Position numbers and translations under genes: made by a program | Notes under the pieces: model-generated | Told to the model about the DNA's origin: nothing | Databases searched by the model: none | What the model saw: the letters and a program-made list of their open reading frames with translations, nothing else | In this document: positions 1-10,315 of the stretch, piece after piece | Position numbering within the stretch: position 1 is the first letter of the stretch | Layout of the letters: each line of letters starts with the position of its first letter | DNA from: Pelagomonas calceolata | Lineage: Eukaryota | Length of the DNA stretch: 64,000 nt | Direction of reading: 5' to 3' | Assembly (NCBI GenBank): GCA_918797485.1 | Contig: CAKKNE010000002.1 | Location: 2,480,001 to 2,544,000, forward strand

Positions 1-1
1 C

Positions 2-1876
2 GACCACTGCCCGCGGGATCGCGCCGACGCGAATTTGAGATTGGAGATCCTGGATTTTTGTCGATCCGACCAAACGGAGAAGGCTTTATCGCCGGAACTA
101 CCGTCCGGAGCTAGGAAGAAGGCCCACGCCATCTCGGAGGAATTTGGTCTGGACCATGCGTCAGAGGGCGACGGCATGCAGCGCCATTTGGTGTTGAGGA
201 AAGGTTCCAATTTCTGCCAGGACCGCTTTCCCGCGTCGCGGGACGAGGAGCCCAAAGTGTCTGCGGACCCGAAGATCGCGGCCGATCAATTTTTGGCCGA
301 GGTCAAGAAACGAGTGGCAGATAAGGCGGGCGAGACGCATTCCGACGACAAGCACAACGCCGTTGGGTTAGGTGAGGGTCCAGGATGGAGAGAAAGATAT
401 TACCGCATTAAGCTCGAGGCGGACGACCAGACGGTAGGAGATATCTGCCGGGAGTACTGGAAGGGTTTACAGTGGGTTTTATCGTATTACTACGCGGGCT
501 GCCAGTCGTGGCGGTTTTATTATGATCAACACTACGCTCCTTTTGCCGTTGATCTAGCTGCGCACGCGCCATTGGCGCCACCACATTGGAGTGATGGAGG
601 GGAGCCCTTCAAGCCCCTGGCGCAATTACTAGCGGTCATCCCACCGGGCTCGGCGCATTGCTTACCAGCGGCCTGCCGATTAGTGATGGACGTGAAAGTG
701 GACGCGCCGTCACAAGCCGTGGTGGCAGGCGCGAAACGCGCAAAAGATTTGGTAGGTCCCAAAGGCCTGGAAGAACTCTTCCCCACCAAAATTAAATTAG
801 ACCCGAACGGCCGCAAGCACCAGTGGGAGTGGGTCGCTTTGTTGCCTTTCATGGACGAGCGGCAATTGGAATTGGTGTTAGATTGCGTCTCGGATACCTT
901 TGACGCGTCGGAGCGAGATCGGAATAGACAAACAAGAGCTTTGGCGGGCGCCGGCGCGGGCTGCCCCGAGCCGCCCTTCGATATCGCATGGTTAGGGTTA
1001 AATAAGTCGGACGAGCCGCCCTACTACTGCTTCGAGGAGCCGAAAGATCTCCAAAGGCACGTGTGCAAGCCGCTCGCGCGCCGGAACACGCAGACGCCGC
1101 TGACCGGCGCCTTAGGTCGAGAAACGGAGCCCGTCTGGACGCCCGGGCGGCCGGCCGGGAAAATAGGCGACTCGGGCGAGCTTAGAAGGCGGCCGCGCAT
1201 GACGCTTGATGAGCTCGAGAGCGCCGGGCGCATGATCCGCCACCAGATGGGCGTCGACGCGCGGCTCCAGCAGCTCCAGCAGCAGGGCGGCTGGCAGGCG
1301 TCGCAAGGGATGCGCGCCGACGCGCCCGCGTATCGCACCGGGCCGCCCGGGGCCCCGGGCGGCGGCTACCCCTACAACGGCGGTGGTGGTGGTGGCATGC
1401 GGGCGACGGCGCCGGCCTACGGCGCCCCGGGCGGCTACGGCGCGCCGGGCGGCTACAACGGCGGCATGCGGGCGAACGCGCCCGCCTACGGGGCGAGCGG
1501 GGGCTACAACCAAGGGTACGGCGGCGGCATGCGCGCGAACGCGCCGGCGTACGGCGGCGGGTACGCCGGCGGCGGCTACAACGGTGGGATGCGGGCGAAC
1601 GCGCCGGCGTACCAACAGCAGCCGCAATACCTCGCGCCCGGCGGGCTCCAGGCGAACCACCCGCTGCTGATGCGGCGCCCGCCGCCCCAGGCCTACGCGG
1701 CGCCCCCGGCCTACGCGCATTCTGCGCCGCCGGCGAATGGCGGCTACTCTCATTCTGCGCCGCCGGCCGCGAACGCCGACGCCGCGGCCGCGCTGCGAGA
1801 CTCGCTCCGCGGCGCCATGAAACGCTCGGCGCCGCCGGGAGGCCCCGCGCACGATCCGCGGAGACGACGAACGTAG
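2..1876 (+). CDS. XRN2: 5'-3' exoribonuclease (XRN2/Rat1-like), 5'-truncated, with R3H insert and Gly/Tyr-rich tail
   Basis: Frame is open from the window start. XRN motifs: GWRERYY, EYWKGLQWVLSYYY, SWRFYYDQHYAPF, PFKPLAQLLAVIP, DPNGRKHQWEWVALLPFMDE. Confidence 0.85.
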   Translation, partial: DHCPRDRADANLRLEILDFCRSDQTEKALSPELPSGARKKAHAISEEFGLDHASEGDGMQRHLVLRKGSNFCQDRFPASRDEEPKVSADPKIAADQFLAEVKKRVADKAGETHSDDKHNAVGLGEGPGWRERYYRIKLEADDQTVGDICREYWKGLQWVLSYYYAGCQSWRFYYDQHYAPFAVDLAAHAPLAPPHWSDGGEPFKPLAQLLAVIPPGSAHCLPAACRLVMDVKVDAPSQAVVAGAKRAKDLVGPKGLEELFPTKIKLDPNGRKHQWEWVALLPFMDERQLELVLDCVSDTFDASERDRNRQTRALAGAGAGCPEPPFDIAWLGLNKSDEPPYYCFEEPKDLQRHVCKPLARRNTQTPLTGALGRETEPVWTPGRPAGKIGDSGELRRRPRMTLDELESAGRMIRHQMGVDARLQQLQQQGGWQASQGMRADAPAYRTGPPGAPGGGYPYNGGGGGGMRATAPAYGAPGGYGAPGGYNGGMRANAPAYGASGGYNQGYGGGMRANAPAYGGGYAGGGYNGGMRANAPAYQQQPQYLAPGGLQANHPLLMRRPPPQAYAAPPAYAHSAPPANGGYSHSAPPAANADAAAALRDSLRGAMKRSAPPGGPAHDPRRRRT

Positions 1877-1927
1877 GAAATTCTCGATCGTTTGTGTAAT
1901 TCATTCGTCGACCGTGGTACACTGAAG

Positions 1928-3088
1928 TTATCCTAGCATACTTCGCAGCGCCTCGACGGCGTCCTCGAGGATCTCGCGCTGCCCATTCCTATAGAATGCG
2001 ACCGACGCGGACCGGCCGGCGCCTAGCGCCGCCTTGGCGTCGGCAATTTCCGACCTCTTGAACGGAGCGAGCTTGCGCTCTAACGTCGCGAGGAGGACTT
2101 CCACTGCCTCGGCGTCGATTTCAGGCGGAGAGTCCGAATCGGAGGACACGGGGTCGCCCGTCGGGTCGGCGAGCGCTCGCCACAGCGCGCGCGGGAAGTC
2201 GCCTCCGCGGCGCAGGTAGAACGGTCCGAGCGTCCTTCGGCCGTCCCCGGAAGCCACCGTCATCTTAAGGGCGAAGCGGTCGTGTTCATTATTCTGGAGC
2301 GCAAAGCCGTGAGCCAGTAACAATTCATCGTTCGCCTTCGAGCCGTAGTTATTGAAGATTTCCGCTTGCGCCTCGATGCCGTCGGCACCAGCCGCGAACG
2401 CCACAGATTGCCCGTCGCCGCGCCACTCGATTTCTGTACCCTTGCCGTGGTTGAGCAGGTCAAAGAACGGGAGAAGAACGCCCGGTGCGCCCGCCGACGG
2501 TGCCTCGGCGTCCAGAAGTCGCGGCGGGAAGCGACGAGACAGGTAGCAGCCCCGCGCCCAGCGCATCTCCTCGAGCGGAACCTCGTATGCGGGGCCCAGC
2601 AACGCATGTATCCGCTCGTGCTCCGCTGCAAGAACCTCGTTGGCGTCAGCTGCGGCCGCGCCGACGTCCGTGCCGGCGAGCGAAGCGAGCTCTTCGGCCG
2701 TCCACGACGCCACGTCGGGAGCGTCCCTCGGCAGCGCCGCGAGGTAAGGGTGCGACGCGTGCGACTCGTCACGCCGCCCCAAGGCCATATCGAGCCAGAG
2801 CACGTACTCTGGGCTCGGCGGCGAGGATAGCGCGTTGCACGCTCGACCTACGGCGCTTGCTGCGGACCGGCCCACGCTCATCACGCACGTCGCTGGTATG
2901 GAAGCTATCGCTTCACCAGGCGCGATGCCCGCGTCGCCCGACGCCACTCCGACGCCCCCGTCCGGCGTCGCCTGCACTTTGATAGCGTCGAGGCCCGTGG
3001 CGCCGGCGGCGATAAGCCAGTCGAGCATGCGTGCGACAACGTCGAGGCGCGGCTCTCGCTTTGCGCGCTTCGCTTCCGGAACGTCCAT
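1928..3088 (-). CDS. SET-domain lysine methyltransferase (Rubisco LSMT/SETD3-SETD6-like)
   Basis: GGVGV..., LLPFFDLLNH, EIFNNYGSKANDELLLAHGF motifs. Confidence 0.85.
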   Translation of the reverse strand: MDVPEAKRAKREPRLDVVARMLDWLIAAGATGLDAIKVQATPDGGVGVASGDAGIAPGEAIASIPATCVMSVGRSAASAVGRACNALSSPPSPEYVLWLDMALGRRDESHASHPYLAALPRDAPDVASWTAEELASLAGTDVGAAAADANEVLAAEHERIHALLGPAYEVPLEEMRWARGCYLSRRFPPRLLDAEAPSAGAPGVLLPFFDLLNHGKGTEIEWRGDGQSVAFAAGADGIEAQAEIFNNYGSKANDELLLAHGFALQNNEHDRFALKMTVASGDGRRTLGPFYLRRGGDFPRALWRALADPTGDPVSSDSDSPPEIDAEAVEVLLATLERKLAPFKRSEIADAKAALGAGRSASVAFYRNGQREILEDAVEALRSMLG

Positions 3089-3091
3089 GTC

Positions 3092-3283
3092 TTACGGCTC
3101 TAAAACTTTCACATTCGACGGGTCGACAGGCTGAAGCTCCGCATCAGCATCGGCGTTATTATTGGAGGCTCGTCGGTTGTGGCAGAAGTACGGGCACCAG
3201 TGGCAGGGACCGGTTGGGTTGATCAGCATCATGAACACGAGGACGCAGAGGATGACGATGAGGATGACGAGCCAGCCCGGCAT
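3092..3283 (-). CDS. Small putative single-pass membrane protein (63 aa) or uORF
   Basis: MPGWLVILIVILCVLVFMML hydrophobic helix followed by CHWCPYFCH; its stop is one codon before the SET ATG. Confidence 0.45.
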   Translation of the reverse strand: MPGWLVILIVILCVLVFMMLINPTGPCHWCPYFCHNRRASNNNADADAELQPVDPSNVKVLEP

Positions 3284-3505
3284 GTTGCAGGTGCGCTCCA
3301 AGGGCAGCCCTTTTGTCGTGACAAGCGCAGCCCTTTGTCGTGGCAAGCCAGATTCGCCCGCACGCGCGATCAAATCTGCTCGCTGGCTAGTGTCTTACAG
3401 CCGCTAGCTAAACGCGCGGGATTTCTAAGCGCGGGAGCCCTTGAAGCCGGGCTCCTCCGGGCTCACGCACGTCCAAACCCGCACGCAACTCAAACACACT
3501 TACAC

Positions 3506-5656
3506 TCAATAATACACGTCCAGCGCCGGCCGGAGCGCCTCGGGCGCGGGCACGAAGCGATACAGGCTCCAGAGCGGCGCCGCGAGCAGCGCGAGCGCGA
3601 CCTGGAGGTACGTGCCCGGCGACGCGTCGACCTCGCCGTGCCGATCAAATTCATCTGAGGCGACAACTGGGGATGCGCCCGGCCCGCGGAACCGGAACTG
3701 CGCCGGCGCCATCGTCGACGCGACGACGCGGAGCCACCGCCGCGGCGACCTAAGAAACACCGCCCTCAAGTCCGGCTCGCAGCCGACGTGGTGCCTCGCC
3801 AGGTAGTTGGCGAAGACCATCGTGACCTCGGTCGGGAACTTGGCGAGCCCCCGCTCGTGGTGGCTCCGGATCCAGGCCTCCATGGCGCTTTTTGAGGGAA
3901 GGCGCCGCTCGCCTGTAAATACGAGCGCCGCCCAGCGCGCCTGCATCTCGGCGCCAGCGGGGATCGAGCCGATGCCGCCTCGCACGGAACCCACAAAGGC
4001 CACGTTCTCCAACTCGGGGTGGAACGTGAACAAGTAGCGCTCGTGGACCGCGTGGGTCTTGAACGCGTCCGGGAGAAAATTGTAACACGGTTCGAAGCCC
4101 GTCGCAACCACAACAGAGTCGCAAGGCACTTCATGTTGACCGATCCTCACGCCATTTTCCATAAAACCTCGCAAATCCTGGGGCCAGACGCGGCAATTGT
4201 CGCACGCTGCATGAGAGGCTGCCTTCGTGACCTGGATGCGCTTGCCCATGCTCAGCGCGGCCAGAGGCGACCTCACGAGAGGGTGGAAGAACAGGGACTT
4301 CAAATGGAGCTCGAGGAATTTCAGGGAGAAGGTGTCGGCGCCCGGCGGGTCGATACCGGTCAAGTACCCCAGCAGCCACGTCGTTGTGAGCGGCAGCGCG
4401 AAGACGACGAGCCGCACGAGACGCGGCAGCATGAACAGGAGCCGCATTTCCAGGTAGTCCGGCGGGAAGAAGGGCGCGTGGCGGGCCAGCCAGAACGTCG
4501 GCGACCGCATGACCACGTGGACGACGCGCGCCGTCCGGGACACGTCCGCGGCGACGTCCGAGGCCGTCTCGCCCGCGCCGACGACGACGACCCGCTCGTT
4601 TTCGAATGATTGGTTGCCCTCATAGTGTGTGACGACGCGGCCCTTGAAAGTATGCAGTCCCGGCGCGTCGAAAGGCTTTTTCGCGTGCGCCAGGCCCGTC
4701 GCGACCACTACATGCGTAAACGTCTCACGTGTTGTCAATTGGGCAACATCCCGCGGGCCCTCGAGCCAGCCGACCTCGTACCCATCTCCAGCTTTCCGCA
4801 CGGTCACGACCTCGGCATCGCAGATCACACACTCCAACACCCCAAAGCGCTCCGCGTACGCGCGCAAATAACAGCGGTACTCGTCTCGCGAAAAGTGGCG
4901 CGGGTACGCACCCCTATCACTACGTACCGTCTCCACGAAGGCCGGCAAACTGAAGTCCGAGAACGACGTGTTGAGTAGTGACGACGTCGACCGCGTGCCA
5001 CCCCAGGCCTCGCGCCAGACGCCGCCCAGCTCCGGACCCTTCTCGAGCAGCGTCACGGCGCAGCCTCTCTGTAGAAGCTCCTTCGCGGCGACGACGCCCG
5101 CCATGCCACCGCCAATAACGCAGACCGTCGGTTTTGTATTTATTTCGTCGGGCAGGTCCGTGGAGTCGCCTCCATCGTTAATCGGTGGCCGGCGCGGCAC
5201 TTGGATGGTCTTGGCTTCGTGGCGCTCTACGTCCGCCGGGCCGCGCGCGACGTTCGCCACCAGGGCGATGACGTAGAGCGTTGTGGCGGTCGCGCGCCAG
5301 GGCCACTTTAGATAGTAGTCGCAGACGAATGAAACGGCGAGCAGCGGCGCCGCCGCCGCGACGCATTGCAGCAGCAGCAGCCCGCCGATGGGCAGCACGA
5401 TCACCGGCAGCGTCGGGGCCAGCGCGAGGGCCGCCGCCGCGCGCTGGGGCCATTTTGCTTGCGGCAGCGCCTCGCCCGCCGCCGCGAGGCAGCCCGCGCC
5501 GCAGATGATCATGGTTGTGTATGTGATGGTATGGCCGCCCCAGGCTATGGCTGTGTGCCAAGCTGCCCATGTGCATATGAGGTAGAGGACCGCGACCGCT
5601 GCCACATGGATGCGCCAGCGATGCGGTTCGGATGGTGTTGGGTCGTCTTCTTGCAT
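3506..5656 (-). CDS. Flavin-containing monooxygenase with N-terminal multi-TM region
   Basis: FAD motif VCVIGGGMAG, ELGGVW, VVATG, FKGRVVTHY, NADPH motif VVVGAGETASD, VVATGF, AEMQARW. Likely start MQEDDP at 5656. Confidence 0.85.
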   Translation of the reverse strand: MQEDDPTPSEPHRWRIHVAAVAVLYLICTWAAWHTAIAWGGHTITYTTMIICGAGCLAAAGEALPQAKWPQRAAAALALAPTLPVIVLPIGGLLLLQCVAAAAPLLAVSFVCDYYLKWPWRATATTLYVIALVANVARGPADVERHEAKTIQVPRRPPINDGGDSTDLPDEINTKPTVCVIGGGMAGVVAAKELLQRGCAVTLLEKGPELGGVWREAWGGTRSTSSLLNTSFSDFSLPAFVETVRSDRGAYPRHFSRDEYRCYLRAYAERFGVLECVICDAEVVTVRKAGDGYEVGWLEGPRDVAQLTTRETFTHVVVATGLAHAKKPFDAPGLHTFKGRVVTHYEGNQSFENERVVVVGAGETASDVAADVSRTARVVHVVMRSPTFWLARHAPFFPPDYLEMRLLFMLPRLVRLVVFALPLTTTWLLGYLTGIDPPGADTFSLKFLELHLKSLFFHPLVRSPLAALSMGKRIQVTKAASHAACDNCRVWPQDLRGFMENGVRIGQHEVPCDSVVVATGFEPCYNFLPDAFKTHAVHERYLFTFHPELENVAFVGSVRGGIGSIPAGAEMQARWAALVFTGERRLPSKSAMEAWIRSHHERGLAKFPTEVTMVFANYLARHHVGCEPDLRAVFLRSPRRWLRVVASTMAPAQFRFRGPGASPVVASDEFDRHGEVDASPGTYLQVALALLAAPLWSLYRFVPAPEALRPALDVYY

Positions 5657-5963
5657 AATGATGCGAGTGCCGGCGCGCGGCGGCAGCCCTGCCAGCAGAG
5701 CAAAATTATGGCCCAAAAATGGCTCCAGCCCTTGGCAGCCCTGATACCAACCGACGGACGAGTAAGAAAGCTGCAAAACCAAGGGCAAACACTTCGCAAA
5801 AAACTCAACTCGTTCGGGTTCATAGAAACCACAACTTGATGATGATCTCAGAGGCCATCGGAGCTGCCTGCCGCCCGCCCCCTCAGAGGCTGCCCACGCC
5901 CGCGCCGGGCGCGTCCGAGGCCATTTCAGAGACGCTCTTAAAGCGCCACGCCCGCGCGCGGCC

Positions 5964-7067
5964 ATGGCAGCGCGCTACGACTCCCTGGCGGACAGCCCGG
6001 ACAGTGACGACGACGAGGCGACGCCGCTCCGGCGGCAGCGGCAAAAGAACGACTCGGGGTGGTGGGTGCGCGGCGCTCTGCTGTTAGGGTTGGCGGTGCT
6101 CGCTTCGTTGGTCCTGGCGTCGCAGCCGGCCGACGAGACGCGCCGCCAACGGCGCGATGAAGCGAAGCGACGCAGCAGCCTTAGCGCGCCAAAAAAGCAC
6201 GCCTACTGCGTCGCGCACGGCGCCTACGGCAACTACACGCGCGTCGCGCGCGTCGCGAGCCGCTCGAAGCGGGCCTACGCGCGGTCGCGGGGTTATGGGT
6301 TTGTGGAGCTCCTCGCCGAGAGTCGGGATGACTTTCTCGAAACGCACTGCCCGGAGCTGCGGGGCGAGGCGGAGCGGGCGTTTTCGAAGACGACGCCGGT
6401 CAAGGCGTGTGGCGTCTGGGCCGCGCTGCGCGACAGCTGCGAGGCCGTGCTCTGGACGGACGCCGATTCGATCGTCGTGGACGGGCGTCTGGGCGTGGAC
6501 GAGCTCCTCGGGGACCGCGAGGCGGCTTTCTTCCTGGAAACGACGGGCGTCTCGGGCGACTGCGGCACCGCGGACGAGTTCGCGGCGCACGTCGACGCCG
6601 GGGCGTTCGTGCTGAAGAGTGGATCATGGGCAGAGGTCCTGCTGAGGCAGCAGCTGGCGCTGAGCATTTTCGACAACGAGTTCCTCGAGCACTCGCCCTG
6701 CTCGACGCGGGGCCTGGACCCGTTGAACCCGAACTGGGACCAGTGCCACTACGCGGGCAAGACGGAGCAGTGCACGCTCGGGTGTTTGTATAGGACGCAG
6801 CCGCAGCTCCTCGAACGAACGAGGTGCGTCTACGCGTCTCTCTCATCATCGCCCCTCGGCGGCGTCCTGCTCGAGCCGGACTACCAGGTCGCGGCCTACG
6901 GCGTCAACGCGTCGTCCGTCGCCGAGTTCCTGGGGGACGTGTTCCCGGCGATCGCGCCGCGCGCGGACGGCCTGCTCGTCTTCAACTGCATGGGCGGCAC
7001 GGCGGCAGAGAAGGTGCTTTGTGTCGAGTGGGCGACGGCGTTTTACGGCGGTGGGGGTGATAAGTGA
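5964..7067 (+). CDS. Type II membrane glycosyltransferase (GT34/MNN10-like)
   Basis: N-terminal TM; KRAYARSRGY; DxD motif VLWTDADS; DAGAFVLK. Confidence 0.65.
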   Translation: MAARYDSLADSPDSDDDEATPLRRQRQKNDSGWWVRGALLLGLAVLASLVLASQPADETRRQRRDEAKRRSSLSAPKKHAYCVAHGAYGNYTRVARVASRSKRAYARSRGYGFVELLAESRDDFLETHCPELRGEAERAFSKTTPVKACGVWAALRDSCEAVLWTDADSIVVDGRLGVDELLGDREAAFFLETTGVSGDCGTADEFAAHVDAGAFVLKSGSWAEVLLRQQLALSIFDNEFLEHSPCSTRGLDPLNPNWDQCHYAGKTEQCTLGCLYRTQPQLLERTRCVYASLSSSPLGGVLLEPDYQVAAYGVNASSVAEFLGDVFPAIAPRADGLLVFNCMGGTAAEKVLCVEWATAFYGGGGDK

Positions 7068-7454
7068 GAAACGCTTGTTTTTACGGTGCCAGGACTAGTG
7101 GGCGGAGTCCCTGGTGTGGAGACCCCGCGCGACGCCGTTCGAATCAAATTCTCTAGTGTGTTTACGCTATCGATGACGACAGCGGCGCCGGGGCACTTTT
7201 TTTGTCCGAGCACGTCGTCCGATCTCACCGGTAGCCTTAAAAAGCTCAGGACAGCGCGACATCAGCCGTCTTACCGTGCTGCACCACCCGCCGAGTCTAA
7301 CAGTTCTCTCGGCGAATTGGAAGCGAGCAAATTTCCCAACCAATTTTTTGAAACAAGCATATTTGAGGAGTAGCAACCTCCTCAGGGCCTGCCAACGCCG
7401 AGGAACAACCACCATTCTACGTATAGGGGGGTAGGGACCTCGAGAAACAACGCC

Positions 7455-8972
7455 ATGCTCCGCCTCGCCGCCACAAGAGCAGCACCGGTCATCGCCACCG
7501 GCGCCGTCGGCGCCTGGGCCGCCGTCACGACCTCGAACGACGACTGGGACGAGTACTTCCCGCCGGCGCCGGCGTCGACGGACCGCGAGCGCATCGTCAT
7601 CCTCGGTTCGGGATGGGCCGGTCTCAACGCGATGAAGAAGTGCGGCGGCGAAGGTAAAGACATCACCATCGTATCACCGCGCCCGCACTTCCTCTACACG
7701 CCGCTGCTAGCCGGCAGCGCGGTGGGCACGACGACCCTCAGAAGCGTGTGCGAGCCTATTAGAGCGGTCATCGAGAACTCGTGGACGACCGACGCGAAAT
7801 TTATCAGAGCCGACGCGCGGGCCATCGACGCGGCGAAGAAGACGGTGAGCTTAAAGACAGGTGATGGGGATAAAAACCTGGAGCTGCCCTACGACAAGCT
7901 CGTCATCGCCGTAGGAGCCCAACCCAACACCTTCGGAATTCCCGGGGTGCAAGAGAACGCCTTGTTCCTCAAAGAGGCCGAAGACTCGGCGAAGCTCCAT
8001 GCGCGCCTCCTCAGCAACTTAGAGAGAGCGTCTGCGGCTCTCGCATGCGGCGAATGCAACCAGGTCGTGGACGCGCTGCTGACCGTGGTCGTCGTCGGCG
8101 GCGGCCCCACGGGCGTGGAGTTGTGTGCCGAATTAGCTGATTTCAGGAAAGACGACATAGCGAGGAGATATGGTGATGAAATTGCGGACCGCTTCCGCAT
8201 CGTCCTCGCGGAGGCGATGCCGCGGGTCTTGGGACCCTTCGACCCGCAGCTGGCGGATCTAGCGAGAACGCACCTGGAAACGCGCGGCGTCGAGGTGCGG
8301 GAAAAGTGCGCGGTGACGGGGGTCACTGCTGACGCGGTGACGTACCAGCCGTCGCTCCCGCGGTCAGCCACGGCCGAACAGAGGCTGCAAGCGGCGGCGG
8401 AAGCCAAGACCGAAAAAGTTGGTGCCTTGGTCTGGGCGGCGGGCATCGGTGCCAGGCCCGTCGTGAAGAAGCTCGCCCAGCAGTTGGGACAGGGCGAGAA
8501 CGCGCGCGGGCTCAAGGTCGACGACCGCTTACAAGTCCTCGGCGCCGACGGCGTCTTCGCGATCGGGGACTGTGCCTTGTCTGGCAACGCCCCGACGGCC
8601 CAGGTCGCCGCCCAGCAGGGCAAGTATGTTGGAAGGGCCATCCGCGACCGCTCGGATAAACCATTCGAGTACAAGCACGCCGGAAGCTTATGCTGCCTCG
8701 GCTTCGGCAACGCGATTGCTCAACTCCAGCCCCAACACCAGGCGTGGAGATCATTACACTCGGCGGCGAACACGAAAGTCGTGGGAGAAGACCAGAGGGC
8801 CGTGACGGGCGCGCCGGCGTTCGCCTTATGGCGCGGCATGTACTTCACGCAGCTCCTCTCGCCGTCGACGCGCTGGAGCGTTTCCGCGGACTGGATCCGC
8901 ACCTCGCTCAAAGGCCGCGACGTGAACGAGCCCGTGCTGAAGCGCACGATGACGCCCGCGGAGTCGGAGTAG
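7455..8972 (+). CDS. Type II (alternative) NADH:ubiquinone oxidoreductase, probably mitochondrial
   Basis: ILGSGWAG, PRPHFLYTPLL, YDKLVIAVGAQPNTFGIPGV, VGGGPTGVE, AIGDCA, PTAQVAAQQGKY. Confidence 0.92.
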   Translation: MLRLAATRAAPVIATGAVGAWAAVTTSNDDWDEYFPPAPASTDRERIVILGSGWAGLNAMKKCGGEGKDITIVSPRPHFLYTPLLAGSAVGTTTLRSVCEPIRAVIENSWTTDAKFIRADARAIDAAKKTVSLKTGDGDKNLELPYDKLVIAVGAQPNTFGIPGVQENALFLKEAEDSAKLHARLLSNLERASAALACGECNQVVDALLTVVVVGGGPTGVELCAELADFRKDDIARRYGDEIADRFRIVLAEAMPRVLGPFDPQLADLARTHLETRGVEVREKCAVTGVTADAVTYQPSLPRSATAEQRLQAAAEAKTEKVGALVWAAGIGARPVVKKLAQQLGQGENARGLKVDDRLQVLGADGVFAIGDCALSGNAPTAQVAAQQGKYVGRAIRDRSDKPFEYKHAGSLCCLGFGNAIAQLQPQHQAWRSLHSAANTKVVGEDQRAVTGAPAFALWRGMYFTQLLSPSTRWSVSADWIRTSLKGRDVNEPVLKRTMTPAESE

Positions 8973-9015
8973 GCGCCGCCCCGAATTGTTTTATACTAAG
9001 ATGTCAAGTAGCTAC

Positions 9016-9711
9016 TCAAGTTACGCCGCCGTCCCGCAGCTCCGTAATCGCCTCGTGGAGCTTCCGCCGCGGCCCAAGCGCCAACCCGGGGATCGCCCGG
9101 AGGTCGTCCAGATTTAACATGCGCAGCGTCTCGATGGAACCGATATCCTGCGCCCGCAGCAGCTCGAGGACGTGCTCGCCGACGCAGACGTCGTTCAAGA
9201 TGAAGTCCGAGAAGTCCTCGGGCGACGGCGCGGCCGCGGCGCCGCCGGGCGACGGCGGCGGCGTGAACGCGAACAACTCCGTCGCGTGCGCAACCACAAA
9301 GGCCTCGAAGCCGCCGTGCTGCTTCTTGACCTTCTTCATGTCCTGGGGGTTCGCGTTGCCGAACTCCGAGCCGAGCCGCGACACGAACTCGAAGCGCGAC
9401 GACATCGCGCGGTAGTCCTCGGGCCGCGACGCGATGATGCGCTGGCACGCGCGCACAGCTCTAGCTTCGTCCTTGGCAGCGACGTCCATCGTGATCGGGG
9501 GCGGCTTCTTTTTGCCGTTCTTTTTGCCGTTGGTCTTGGGTGAGGACGTGGTCCTTTTGAGCGGCGGCGGCGGCGGCGGCGCGTCGCCGGCGCTCGGTTT
9601 CTTCTTGCGCGGTTTTGGTTTCTTCGCCTTTTGCGGGTCGTCGCCGTTCATGACGTCGATGACGATCGTGGTGTCGTCGTCCTTGCTGCCTTTCTTGGGT
9701 CGCGGCGGCAT
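9016..9711 (-). CDS. Basic low-complexity protein with C-terminal SAM domain
   Basis: C-terminus LLRAQDIGSIETLRMLNLDDLRAIPGLALGPRRKLHEAI fits the SAM pattern. Confidence 0.7.
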   Translation of the reverse strand: MPPRPKKGSKDDDTTIVIDVMNGDDPQKAKKPKPRKKKPSAGDAPPPPPPLKRTTSSPKTNGKKNGKKKPPPITMDVAAKDEARAVRACQRIIASRPEDYRAMSSRFEFVSRLGSEFGNANPQDMKKVKKQHGGFEAFVVAHATELFAFTPPPSPGGAAAAPSPEDFSDFILNDVCVGEHVLELLRAQDIGSIETLRMLNLDDLRAIPGLALGPRRKLHEAITELRDGGVT

Positions 9712-10315
9712 GTTGTTCTGTGATCTATCGTGCGGCGCGGCGCCGTTTTGGCAGCCCTAAGCGTCTCTGCTGGAGGTTTTGGAGCCGCTGCGTTTGCTGG
9801 TGACAGAAGCGTTGGCTCTGCAGCGATCGCAGCGATCGCGCAGTGCAGAAGAGATGCTCTGTGGCCGCAGCAGCGAGAGCGACGATGAGCGCGCGCGCGA
9901 GGGGTTTGGCAGCCTTTGGAGCAGAGAGCAAAACCGAGAAACGACGGCTGCGCGACGCGAGCGGAGGGATGGCTCACCCCACGTCTCGCAGGTCACGAAT
10001 GGGGGGGCTTGGAGGCGAAAAGCGGCAAGAGGCTAGTGGGCGTTTCAGGTCCATGTAACGCTGCGCGACTGCGGGCCGTGCAAGCCGGGGAAAGGCCCCT
10101 GGAGCGAGCCGCGGCACGAAGCAAAGACCGCCCGTGCCACTACTGCACGAAAAATTGCTCACGCAGCGGCGCCGAGGCTGCCCTTAGCGAGGAGGCTGCC
10201 TGTAGCAGAAGCTGCCCCACGGCGAGCAAGCGCGTGTGTAGGCCCCGTTCTCCAGGGCTTCCGCGACTGCGACATTCGCCCCAACGCACGCGCGCGCCCG
10301 CTCCAGTAAAGCAAG

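Noticed and set aside
5657..5965. FMO ORF extension overlapping the GT34 start
   Set aside because: The extension does not look protein-like and is more likely the shared divergent promoter.
7086..7373. 95-aa ORF between GT34 and NDH-2
   Set aside because: Non-ATG start, no motifs, intergenic-like composition.
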